Below the pieces are notes generated by a model. The model worked only from the letters and a program-made list of their open reading frames with translations, was not told the DNA's origin and made no database searches. Below, piece after piece: positions 48,319 to 56,877 of a stretch of DNA of 64,000 bases. The first letter of the stretch is position 1, and each line of letters starts with the position of its first letter. A program made the translations under genes and the position numbers. The DNA comes from Candidatus Anaeroferrophillacea bacterium. GTDB lineage: Bacteria > Desulfobacterota > Anaeroferrophillalia > Anaeroferrophillales > Anaeroferrophillaceae. The stretch spans positions 2,220 to 66,219 of the forward strand of contig JAFGAM010000006.1 in assembly GCA_016933675.1 (NCBI GenBank), given 5' to 3'.

Positions 48319-49695
48319 TTAGCGGTTGGCCGACCACGAAGGGTTGAATTTTTCCAGGGCGCCGCTGGTCAGCGGGGTGATTTCCCGTCCGAAGCAGTCC
48401 ATGACCATCAGCTGCTTGGTGCCGGTGTGTTGCGAGGTGAAGACGATGTGACGGCCGTTGGGCGACCACTGGGGATCCTCGCAGTCCCCGGGCATCCGGG
48501 TGATCCGGCGGAAGCCGCTGCCGTCGGGGTTGATGGTGCAGATCTGGTAATTGCCGTCGACCAGGGCCGAGAAGACGATGCAGTCGCCCCGGGGCGACCA
48601 GTGCGGGGCAACATTATGGGTGCCGACCCGGGTCAGGCGTCGGAGGTCGGCGCCCCGGGGGCTGATGATATACAGTTGCGGTCCGCCGGCGCGGTCGGAG
48701 ACGAAGACGATCCGGCTGCCGTCGGGCGACCAGCCGGGGGACGCCTCGTTGGCCCAGTTGTCGGTCAGACGGGTCATGAGGCGGCCGTCGGCGGCCGAAA
48801 TGATGCTGATCTCGCTGTTGTCGTCGAAACGCTGCATGAGGGTCAGCAGGTTGCCGTCGGGTGACCACTCGGCGGCGGCGTTGACGCCCCGGCGGTGGGC
48901 CAGCCGGGCGGTGCTGTTTCGATTGAAGTCGATGACGTAGAGATCGGGGTTGCCCTGTTCGAAGGAGGTGTAGCACAGCTTGTTCACATCCGGCGACCAT
49001 GCCGGCGACATGTTGATTGCCCGGTTGCGGGTCAGTTGCTGCAGGTTGGCGCCGTCGTAATCCATCATGTAGACTTCCTGGAAGCCGGCATTCGTCTGGC
49101 GGCCGATAAAGGCGATTTTGGAGGTGCATTCCCCTTCCATGCCGGTTACCGCCCGGACCACTTCATTGCAGAACCGGTGCGCCATGAGACGGACGCTGCC
49201 GATGTCGCCGCGGTAACGTTTGCCGGTGATCATCTGTTGGCCATAGACGTCGAACAACCGCAGCTCAAGCACCAGGTGGCCGTCCGCCTGCCGGCAGGCA
49301 CCCTTGATCAGCATCTCGGCGCCGATGAGCGACCAGCTGCTGAAGTCGAAGGTGCCCAGCGACACCCCGCCGCCGGCGGGATCTTCAAGATAGGAGCCCA
49401 AATCAGCGAGAACGTCGAAGAAGGTGGAGAAGTCAAGGTCGTCGACGATTACCTCGCGGCAGCTGCGGGCCGCAGCGGTGGTGGGCCGGGACTGATCGGC
49501 GAAATCCCGGATCGGGGCGACGGCGATGGGGATCTTTCTGATGTTGGGGTTGTTGATCTCCAAGTAGACCCGCGCGGCGGCGGGTGCCGCCGGCAACAGC
49601 AGGAGGAGCAGGAGCAGGAACCGCAGGGCGGTGGCCGCCGGCGACGGCCGGATTGCCGGCCGGGGGCGGATGGTGTCGGTGGCAGTGGTGGGCAT
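48319..49695 (-). CDS. tolB: Tol-Pal system beta-propeller protein TolB
   Basis: Signal peptide and repeated WSPDG blades. Confidence 0.93.
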   Translation of the reverse strand: MPTTATDTIRPRPAIRPSPAATALRFLLLLLLLLPAAPAAARVYLEINNPNIRKIPIAVAPIRDFADQSRPTTAAARSCREVIVDDLDFSTFFDVLADLGSYLEDPAGGGVSLGTFDFSSWSLIGAEMLIKGACRQADGHLVLELRLFDVYGQQMITGKRYRGDIGSVRLMAHRFCNEVVRAVTGMEGECTSKIAFIGRQTNAGFQEVYMMDYDGANLQQLTRNRAINMSPAWSPDVNKLCYTSFEQGNPDLYVIDFNRNSTARLAHRRGVNAAAEWSPDGNLLTLMQRFDDNSEISIISAADGRLMTRLTDNWANEASPGWSPDGSRIVFVSDRAGGPQLYIISPRGADLRRLTRVGTHNVAPHWSPRGDCIVFSALVDGNYQICTINPDGSGFRRITRMPGDCEDPQWSPNGRHIVFTSQHTGTKQLMVMDCFGREITPLTSGALEKFNPSWSANR

Positions 49696-49704
49696 GAAGG
49701 TTTC

Positions 49705-49908
49705 CTATCCTGTTGGGGGTTGGTGATTGCTGCTGCGGCCGTGATCGGGATCGAAATCGGTATCGTTATCGCGAGTGGAGCGCGGAAGCTGGGGCTGTCT
49801 GAGGTCCTTCATGGGCGAGTTAGACAGTCTCAGCGACGCCGGCTCCGCGGCCGGCCCGCTGAGGATGGTGCCGCAAAAAAACATACCGGACATTACCAGT
49901 TTTATCAT
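49705..49908 (-). CDS. small hypothetical (possibly lipoprotein) ORF between the TonB/TolA-like gene and tolB
   Basis: 67-aa ORF filling the gap, with a hydrophobic N-terminus containing a Cys (MSGMFFCG). No family recognised. Confidence 0.25.
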   Translation of the reverse strand: MIKLVMSGMFFCGTILSGPAAEPASLRLSNSPMKDLRQPQLPRSTRDNDTDFDPDHGRSSNHQPPTG

Positions 49909-49917
49909 TGCCTTCCA

Positions 49918-50733
49918 TCAACGTAAATTCATATCCATCGGGTCGAAACCGATAACGAATTCCTCCCGGGGGATTTCCAGGTGTGCGGGCATCGGTGGAA
50001 ACGGGGCGCTGTCCTCGATCGCCCGAAGCACCGAGGCGTCGAACAGCCGGTTGCCGGACGAGTCCGCCAGGGACACCGATTGCAGCGTACCGGCGGCGTC
50101 AATAACCATCACCACCGTGGCTTTCAGGGTGTCGGTGGAAAGGTGTTCGGGCAGCTGCCAGTGGTCGGTGATCCGTTTTTTCACCACGTCGGCATAGCGG
50201 TGCAGGAAATAGCTGGCGGCCGCTGACGGAGGGGGCGTGGCCGCCGGTGTTGCCGGCTCATCCCGCAGATCACGGCGGATGTCATCCACGCGTTGTTGGT
50301 GCCGCTCCCGGGTCAACCGTTCCCGGATGCGGCTGATGGCGCCGGTGGTATCGGCGGGTCGCGGTTTTTCCGCTGATTTTTGTTTCTCCGGGGCTTTTTC
50401 CGGAGGGTTGACTGGTGCCGGTCTGTCGATTGGTTTGGCTGCCGCGGCCGGTTTCGTTTCCGGTTTCGGCCGGATGACCGGACGGCCGTTTTTTTTGCTC
50501 ACGGCGGCGGTTTTCCGCTCCGGCGCCAGCGGTGGGGTCGGGGTGTCACGTGGTTCCAGCAGGTGCACGACGATGGGTTCGGTAGTCGGAGTGGGGAGGC
50601 GCCGGAAGCGGGGTACGCCGACAAGCATCATGAGATGCACGACGAGGGATATCAGCAGGCAGGTGCGGATGCGATCCCGGCGCAGACAGCGAAAAATGTT
50701 TTTTCCGGCGGGGACGGTGGCGGATGTGCCCAT
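49918..50733 (-). CDS. TonB-C-domain energy transducer (TolA-like by context)
   Basis: N-terminal TM segment, a Pro/Lys/Glu-rich spacer, and a C-terminal TonB-type domain. Adjacent to tolB-pal-ybgF. Confidence 0.75.
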   Translation of the reverse strand: MGTSATVPAGKNIFRCLRRDRIRTCLLISLVVHLMMLVGVPRFRRLPTPTTEPIVVHLLEPRDTPTPPLAPERKTAAVSKKNGRPVIRPKPETKPAAAAKPIDRPAPVNPPEKAPEKQKSAEKPRPADTTGAISRIRERLTRERHQQRVDDIRRDLRDEPATPAATPPPSAAASYFLHRYADVVKKRITDHWQLPEHLSTDTLKATVVMVIDAAGTLQSVSLADSSGNRLFDASVLRAIEDSAPFPPMPAHLEIPREEFVIGFDPMDMNLR

Positions 50734-50739
50734 GGGTGG

Positions 50740-51999
50740 TCAACCACGCAGCGGTTGCAGGCCGGTGGCGACGGCACAGGCGGCGATGCCCTCACCGGTG
50801 CCGGTGAAGCCGAGGCCTTCGGTGGTGGTGGCCTTGAGGTTCAGTCGGCAGGGGGCCGGCAGACAGGCCCGCAGGGTGTCTTCCATCGCTGGGAGGTGCG
50901 GTGCCAGTTTCGGACGCTGGGCGACGATGGTGACATCGATGGCGGTGAGCCGGAAGCTGCGGGCATCGGCGAGGGCGACGGCATGGCGGAGAAAAACCCG
51001 GCTGTCGGCATCGCGGTGGCGCTGGTCGGTATCGGGAAAGTGGCGGCCGATGTCGCCGGCGCCGATGGCGCCGAGGATTGCGTCCACCATGGCGTGGATT
51101 ACGACGTCGGCGTCCGAATGGCCCGCGAGCCCTTTTTCGAACGGAATTTCCACGCCGCCGAGGACCAGTCGCCGGTCGGCGACCAGCCGGTGGACATCGT
51201 AACCGAAGCCCACTGCCGGGAGGCCGCCCGCGGGCGCGGCGTACGGGTCGGCGGTGGTGTTGGTCGGCATCGGGTCGTTCCGGTCGGCGGTCAGATATGC
51301 CGCCGCGCGGGTAAAATCATCCGGGTAGGTCAGTTTGATATTGCGTGGATCACCCGGTACGGCGCAAAACCCGGCACCGAGGCCGGCGCTTTCCACCAGG
51401 TGGGCCTCGTCGGTGACGATATCGCCGGCGCGGTCGGCAAGCTTCCCGAATGCCGCCGCCAGCAGCTCCAGCGGTGCCGCCTGCGGCGTTTGGGCGAGGC
51501 CGATGCGGCGGCGGTCCAGGGTGCGTTCGATCGCGTCGTCGGCGGCCAGCAGCTTGACGGTTTCGGGCGGCCGGATTACCGGTACCGTCACCCGGCCGGG
51601 AGCACAGGCATCCAGCACCCGGGAAATCAGTTCGGTGTCCGCCAGCGGCCGCACGCCGTCATGCACGAGAATGTACGCCTCTCCGGGCAGGCGCTCCCGG
51701 AGGTGGTCGATGCCCGCCGCCACCGAAGCCGGGCGCGAGGTGCCGCCGGGGATGACCGTGATACCGATGTCGACAACGGCGGCTTCCCGGGCCATGGCCG
51801 CCAGCAGGGCGTCGTTGTCCGCCGGGCCGACCAGGGTAACGGAATCGATCCGCGGGTGGCCGTGAAACCGTTCGAGGCTCCAGCGGAAAAGGGGTTTGTC
51901 CGCCAGCATGGCGAATTGCTTGCGGGTCGTACCGGGGCACCGGGAACCGGTGCCGGCGGCGACGATGAGGGCGTGTCCCCGGATCCTGCGGTGCATCAT
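50740..51999 (-). CDS. ispDF: bifunctional IspD/IspF (MEP cytidylyltransferase / MEcPP synthase)
   Basis: IVAAGTGSR (IspD) and GYDVHRL...HSDADV (IspF). ATGA overlap with the upstream PIN-TRAM gene. Confidence 0.95.
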   Translation of the reverse strand: MMHRRIRGHALIVAAGTGSRCPGTTRKQFAMLADKPLFRWSLERFHGHPRIDSVTLVGPADNDALLAAMAREAAVVDIGITVIPGGTSRPASVAAGIDHLRERLPGEAYILVHDGVRPLADTELISRVLDACAPGRVTVPVIRPPETVKLLAADDAIERTLDRRRIGLAQTPQAAPLELLAAAFGKLADRAGDIVTDEAHLVESAGLGAGFCAVPGDPRNIKLTYPDDFTRAAAYLTADRNDPMPTNTTADPYAAPAGGLPAVGFGYDVHRLVADRRLVLGGVEIPFEKGLAGHSDADVVIHAMVDAILGAIGAGDIGRHFPDTDQRHRDADSRVFLRHAVALADARSFRLTAIDVTIVAQRPKLAPHLPAMEDTLRACLPAPCRLNLKATTTEGLGFTGTGEGIAACAVATGLQPLRG

Positions 52000-52973
52000 G
52001 CCTGCCTGGCGAAGATCATCCGGCCGGCGGTGGTCTGCAGTACGCTGGTGACCTCGACGCCGATGGTTTCACCCAGCATCTGTTTGGCGTGGTCCACCAC
52101 CACCATGGTGCCGTCGTCCAGGTAACCGACCCCCTGCTGGGGTTCCTTGCCTTCCTTCATGATCGTCACCGTCAGGCTTTCGCCCGGCAGAATGACCGGC
52201 TTGAGGGCCTCGGCCAACTGGTTGATGTTCAGTACTGCGACGCCCTGCAGATCGGCAACCTTGTTGAGGTTGAAATCGTTGGTGACGATTTTGGCCGACA
52301 GCTTGCGGGCCAGGGCCACCAGCTTGGCGTCCACCTCCTTGATCCGGGGGATGTCGTCGTCGATGATCCTGATCTGCACGAAGGCCTGATTCTGCATCCG
52401 TTTGAGGATGTCGAGCCCGCGCCGACCGCGGGTGCGTTTCAGCGCGTCGGCGGAATCGGCGATGAACTGCAGTTCCTGGAGGATGAACTGGGGCACGAGC
52501 AGGGTGCCTTCGAGAAAGCCGGTTTCCGTCAGATCGGCGATGCGTCCGTCGATAATCACCGAGGTATCCACCAGTTTGTCGGCGCCCTTGGCGCCCTTGA
52601 TGGCGAGGGACTGGAGCAGATCGAACTCGTCGCCCTTGCGCAGGCCCACCTCGATGGCGGCGTAGGCGAAGAGCGAGTAGATGAAGATGTAGAAGATGAA
52701 GTTGACTTTCGGATCGTCGAAAAGGTTGAACAGGACGCCGTGAAACAGCAGGTTGGCGATGAAAAGCCCCACCAGCAGGCCGATGAGACCGCCGAGGATG
52801 GTTCTGAGGGGAATCTTCTTGAGTTGAGAAACCAGGTAAAAGACGTACAGGGTCAGCAGCAGGGCGGTAAAGAAGCCGATGACCGAAAAGTCGACGCGAT
52901 AGGTGTGACTGTAGACAATCTGGTACGACAGCAGCGAGCCGACGATGACGACCAGCAGGCGGAAAAAGGTCAC
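51996..52973 (-). CDS. membrane-anchored PIN/TRAM domain protein (YacL-like)
   Basis: Four N-terminal hydrophobic helices, a PIN-like core (VDTSVIIDGRI), and a TRAM-like C-terminus. GTG start at 52973, 4 nt after GGAGG. Confidence 0.8.
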   Translation of the reverse strand: MTFFRLLVVIVGSLLSYQIVYSHTYRVDFSVIGFFTALLLTLYVFYLVSQLKKIPLRTILGGLIGLLVGLFIANLLFHGVLFNLFDDPKVNFIFYIFIYSLFAYAAIEVGLRKGDEFDLLQSLAIKGAKGADKLVDTSVIIDGRIADLTETGFLEGTLLVPQFILQELQFIADSADALKRTRGRRGLDILKRMQNQAFVQIRIIDDDIPRIKEVDAKLVALARKLSAKIVTNDFNLNKVADLQGVAVLNINQLAEALKPVILPGESLTVTIMKEGKEPQQGVGYLDDGTMVVVDHAKQMLGETIGVEVTSVLQTTAGRMIFARQA

Positions 52974-53095
52974 GGAGCCTCCTCGGGGGCGTTGTCCGGG
53001 TGATTCAGGCGCGTCGGGCGGTGACGAAAACGTGACGGAAAAACCGGACCGGCCGGCACCTCGCACCGAAAACAGCCGCTGCCGGCCGCGGGAGC

Positions 53096-53578
53096 TCAGT
53101 TGAACAGCAGGTCGATCTGCTGTTCAACCGCCTGCTCGGGGTCGGCGGAGGCCAGCGCCAGTTCCTTGACCAGCAGGGTTCGGGCCATGTCCATCATCTT
53201 GCGTTCGCCGAAGGACAAATCCTTGCTGGAACTGATCAGATTGAGATCCCGCAGTACCTCGGCCACCTCGAAGATCGAGCCCCGCTTGATCTTTTCGTTG
53301 AACTGCTTGTAACGTTTGTTCCAGGTCTGGTTGGAAATCTTGACCTTGCGCTTACTGAGAATGTCATAAACGCGGGGGATGTCGCTGGCGGGAATCAGCT
53401 GCCGAAGGCCGACGGACTGGGTGTTGGCCTTGGGGATCATGATGGTCATGCCGTTTTCCACCGTCAGGAAAATATAGAAATCCTGGTTCTTGCCCAGGAT
53501 CTCCCGGCGTTCGATCGCGGTGATCTCGCCGACGCCATGCCCCGGGTAAACCGCCTTGTCACCAACCTTGAACATCAC
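53096..53578 (-). CDS. carD: CarD-family transcriptional regulator
   Basis: MFKVGDKAVYPGHGVGEI N-terminus. 160 aa. Confidence 0.9.
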   Translation of the reverse strand: MMFKVGDKAVYPGHGVGEITAIERREILGKNQDFYIFLTVENGMTIMIPKANTQSVGLRQLIPASDIPRVYDILSKRKVKISNQTWNKRYKQFNEKIKRGSIFEVAEVLRDLNLISSSKDLSFGERKMMDMARTLLVKELALASADPEQAVEQQIDLLFN

Positions 53579-53850
53579 GCCCCTCCTCTATAAGCCCTCC
53601 ATGATCACGACCGTATCCGGGGTTGGCAAAAAACCCCGACCGTGATATTTCCTGAAACCGGAATGACGGTGCACGAAAACATTGCCAAATTATAGTGCAT
53701 TAGCGGGAAATATAGCATAAAAAAGGGAATGGAGTCAACCGGCAATCGGGCAGGGCGGGGGGGCGATCGGAAATGCCCATGAGCCGCGGTCGGCTGAATT
53801 GTCGCGGGTTATGACGCCGGCGCGGCGGCCGGACCGGGAAATGGTGAGGA

Positions 53851-54627
53851 ATGATGGCGGGAGGCATGATCTTTCTGCTCGGACTGGTGTGGGGCAGTTT
53901 CAGCAATGTTTGCATTTACCGGCTGCCCCGGGATGAATCCCTCTGGTGGCCGTCTTCGCATTGCCCGGCTTGCGGCGCGCCGATTCCCTGGTGGGGTAAT
54001 ATCCCGCTGCTGAGCTACGTGCTGCTCGGTGGTCGCTGTCGCGGCTGCCGGGCGCGGATATCGCTGCGCTACCCGCTGGTGGAACTGTTGTCCGGCGTGC
54101 TTTTCCTCGGTGTCTACCTGCGCTGTGGCTGGCACTGGTCGACGGCCGCCTACCTGGTGTTCGTCGCCCTGCTGGTGCCGGTTATCTTCATTGACCTCGA
54201 GCATCAGATCATTCCCGACCGTTTCAGCCTTGGCGGTATCGGGCTCGGTTTTCTCGCGGCCTTTGCCGGCCTCCTGCCGCTGTCCTGGAGTGATTCGCTA
54301 GCGGGCGCCCTTGCCGGCGGCGGCAGCCTCTGGCTGATCGCCGAAGGCTATTACCGTTTTACCGGGCGCGAGGGGATGGGCGGCGGCGACGTGAAGCTGC
54401 TGGCGATGATCGGCGCCTTCCTCGGCTGGCAGAGCCTGCTGCCGGTGGTGCTGGTCAGTTCCGCCGTCGGGGCGGTGGCGGGTCTGGCGCTCATGGCCGT
54501 CGGGGGCCGCGGCCGTCATTATGCCATCCCCTTCGGGCCCTTTCTCGCCTTCGCGGCGCTGCTTTATCTGTACTGGGGCCGGGAACTGGTCCGGGCTTAC
54601 CTGGGTTGGATCGGGGCGGGGGGATAG
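53851..54627 (+). CDS. pilD: prepilin peptidase / N-methyltransferase (A24 family)
   Basis: CPACGAPIPWWGNIPLLSY Zn-finger region and the GGGDVKL catalytic Asp motif. Confidence 0.9.
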   Translation: MMAGGMIFLLGLVWGSFSNVCIYRLPRDESLWWPSSHCPACGAPIPWWGNIPLLSYVLLGGRCRGCRARISLRYPLVELLSGVLFLGVYLRCGWHWSTAAYLVFVALLVPVIFIDLEHQIIPDRFSLGGIGLGFLAAFAGLLPLSWSDSLAGALAGGGSLWLIAEGYYRFTGREGMGGGDVKLLAMIGAFLGWQSLLPVVLVSSAVGAVAGLALMAVGGRGRHYAIPFGPFLAFAALLYLYWGRELVRAYLGWIGAGG

Positions 54628-54704
54628 GCGGCCGGAGTCGGGAGAAAGGAGGCGAGCGGACGGGAGTCAGGATGCCGGAGCGGCCGGAAGCCGTCACTGG
54701 GGCC

Positions 54705-54809
54705 GGGCGGCCGGTTCGGGTGCTCCGCGGGGGTTCATTCCGGAGCGCCCGCAAGGACATGCTGGCCGGCAAGCTGGAGGTAGGGTCCGAGCGCACTCTG
54801 CGGGGGCTT
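54705..54809 (+). pseudogene. possible relic of the C-terminus of an FGE-sulfatase (SUMF1/EgtB-type) domain gene
   Basis: The intergenic frame reads GRPVRVLRGGSFRSARKDM... RVLRGGS[WF] is the hallmark C-terminal motif of that domain. There is no intact ORF upstream. Confidence 0.25.
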
Positions 54810-55413
54810 AGTCCTGAGCATCCGGTTGGAACCCCCGCGCCAGCAGGTAGAGCTCGGCGGAAGACTTGCGGCTGGCTTCCGGCCTGGTGGCGGTGAGACC
54901 GTCGAAACGGGCGCATAGTTCGTCTTTGAATGCGGCGAGATCGGGGCTCTGGAATACCTTGATGAGGAAGAATCCGCCGGGTCGAAGCACGGTCCGGGCC
55001 AGTGCCAGGGCGGCACGGTCCACTTCCAGGGCGCGGGCCTCGTCGGTGGTGCGGATGCCGGTGAGGTTCGGCGCCATGTCCGAGACCACGCCGTCGAAGG
55101 GATGCGGAGCGATCTCGCGGATGCGTTCGGGACTGTCGGTGGCGGTGATGTCCGCCTGCAGGAGGCGGCAGGGCGGGGTGGGGAGGCCGGCCATGGGCAG
55201 CAGGTCGAGGCCGACGACGAGTCCCCGGCGGCCGACGATGCCGGCGATGAACTCCGTCCAGCCGCCGGGTGCGGCGCCCAGTTCCAGGATCCGGGCGCTG
55301 GGGGTGAACAGCCGGTAGCGCCGGTGCAGCTCCTCGAGCTTGTAGGCCGCCCGAGAGCGTTTGCCTTCCCGCTTGGCGCGGTGGTAGAAGCCGTCTTTGC
55401 GATTGAAACCCAT
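54808..55413 (-). CDS. rlmE: 23S rRNA (uridine2552-2'-O)-methyltransferase RlmE/FtsJ
   Basis: RSRAAYKLEEL and LGAAPGGW SAM-binding motifs. Start at the ATG at 55413. Confidence 0.9.
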   Translation of the reverse strand: MGFNRKDGFYHRAKREGKRSRAAYKLEELHRRYRLFTPSARILELGAAPGGWTEFIAGIVGRRGLVVGLDLLPMAGLPTPPCRLLQADITATDSPERIREIAPHPFDGVVSDMAPNLTGIRTTDEARALEVDRAALALARTVLRPGGFFLIKVFQSPDLAAFKDELCARFDGLTATRPEASRKSSAELYLLARGFQPDAQD

Positions 55414-55440
55414 GGTATTTCGCCGGTACCCGTGGTTGGC

Positions 55441-55462
55441 GCCGGTCGGCATGCCGACCGGC
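55441..55462. repeat. 22-bp perfect palindrome upstream of rlmE
   Basis: GCCGGTCGGCA|TGCCGACCGGC verified base by base. It lies 28-49 nt upstream of the rlmE ATG. Confidence 0.9.
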
Positions 55463-55698
55463 GTGATTGACAGACCTTACCATGCGTGTTACCTCAACGT
55501 CAAACCCGATGGCGGTGAATCCGCCCGGTCACGGCGGCGGTGCCCGGCAGCGTTGGCCCCGGTCACCGATATGTTTGCGGTCCGGACTGCCATCCGGCCG
55601 CCTGTACCTGGCTCCCGTCAGCAACCCCGGGACGAGGGGGGCGCAATACCGGACTCTGGTTTTGCGTCTCTTGCATTCTGTTCCGCTTGTCATCAAGG

Positions 55699-55848
55699 AT
55701 GACGGAACCGTAACAACTGCCAAAACAGGGCAAAATAAGGATGGTACGGCAGCCGCTTCAAATGCGCGGCGTGCAAAACCCGAAGGGTGTGGTGTTGCCC
55801 GGCGTTGAGCGACTCGGGTTGCGGCGCAACGAAGAAGATGGGGTTGCC
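55699..55848 (-). repeat. intergenic mosaic repeat, reverse orientation (R11)
   Basis: GATGACGGAACCGTAAC...GCGGCGCAACGAAGAAGATGGGGTTGCC. Confidence 0.7.
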
Positions 55849-55887
55849 AGGAAGGCATCTTCAATCTCTATTCTGGATGGACGTGTT

Positions 55888-56877
55888 ATGAACCCGAATG
55901 CCGTTGTCGCCGCCATTCACGCGCGGCTGCCCCGGATACTTGACACCGGTGAGGGGCTCGATGCCGACCTGGCGCTGGCGGTCCTGGCCCTTGACGCCGC
56001 CGGCCTTTTCGCCCTGTTGCCGCTGACCGACCGGTTGCGGCGTCATTTCCGCGGCGGAGAAATCGTCCGCTGCGCCATCGCCAACGTGAAATCGGGTCGG
56101 TGTCCCGAGAACTGCGCCTACTGCGCCCAGTCGGCCCATTACGACACCACGGTCAAAACCTTCCCCCTGCGCCCGGCGGCCGACGTGATGCTGCAAGCCG
56201 CCGCGGCCCGGGAGCACGGCGCGGCCAATTTCTCGTTCGTTACCAGCGGCACCGCGGTGGATCGCGAGGAGGAGATCACCGCCATCGAGGAGATGATCGC
56301 CGGTCTGCGGCGGCAGGGTATCGCTCCCTGCGCCTCGCTGGGATTCCTTACCTCCGAAACCGCGGCGCGCTATCGCCGCGCCGGCCTGCGTCACTATCAC
56401 CATAACCTCGAGACGGCCCGCAGCTTCTTTCCTTCCATCTGTACCACCCATACCTACGACAATGCCGTGGCCACCGTCCGGGCGGCAAAAACAGTGGGGC
56501 TCTACGTTTGCAGCGGCGGCATCATCGGCATGGGAGAGAGCCGGGCGCAGCGGGTCGAACTGGCGGAAACCCTGCGTGATCTGGAGGTGGATTCCATCCC
56601 GCTCAATTTTCTCCACCCCATCCCCGGCACCCCCCTGGCCGGGCGGCCGGTGCCCGGGGCGCGTGAGAGCCTGCTCACCGTGGCGCTGTTCCGGCTCGTC
56701 TGTCCGACCCGGGATATCCGCGTCTGCGGCGGCCGTCCGGCGGCCTTCGCCGATGCCCAGGCGATGATCTTCGCCGCCGGCGCCAACGGGCTGATGATCG
56801 GTGACTACCTGACCACCAGCGGCCGGCAGTGGGCCGACGACGAGCGCCTGCTGGCGGTCTGGGGAGATTCGGCATGA
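55888..56877 (+). CDS. bioB: biotin synthase
   Basis: Radical-SAM CPENCAYC and 329 aa length. Start moved to the ATG at 55888, because the ORF-track N-terminus runs through the repeat. Confidence 0.95.
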   Translation: MNPNAVVAAIHARLPRILDTGEGLDADLALAVLALDAAGLFALLPLTDRLRRHFRGGEIVRCAIANVKSGRCPENCAYCAQSAHYDTTVKTFPLRPAADVMLQAAAAREHGAANFSFVTSGTAVDREEEITAIEEMIAGLRRQGIAPCASLGFLTSETAARYRRAGLRHYHHNLETARSFFPSICTTHTYDNAVATVRAAKTVGLYVCSGGIIGMGESRAQRVELAETLRDLEVDSIPLNFLHPIPGTPLAGRPVPGARESLLTVALFRLVCPTRDIRVCGGRPAAFADAQAMIFAAGANGLMIGDYLTTSGRQWADDERLLAVWGDSA

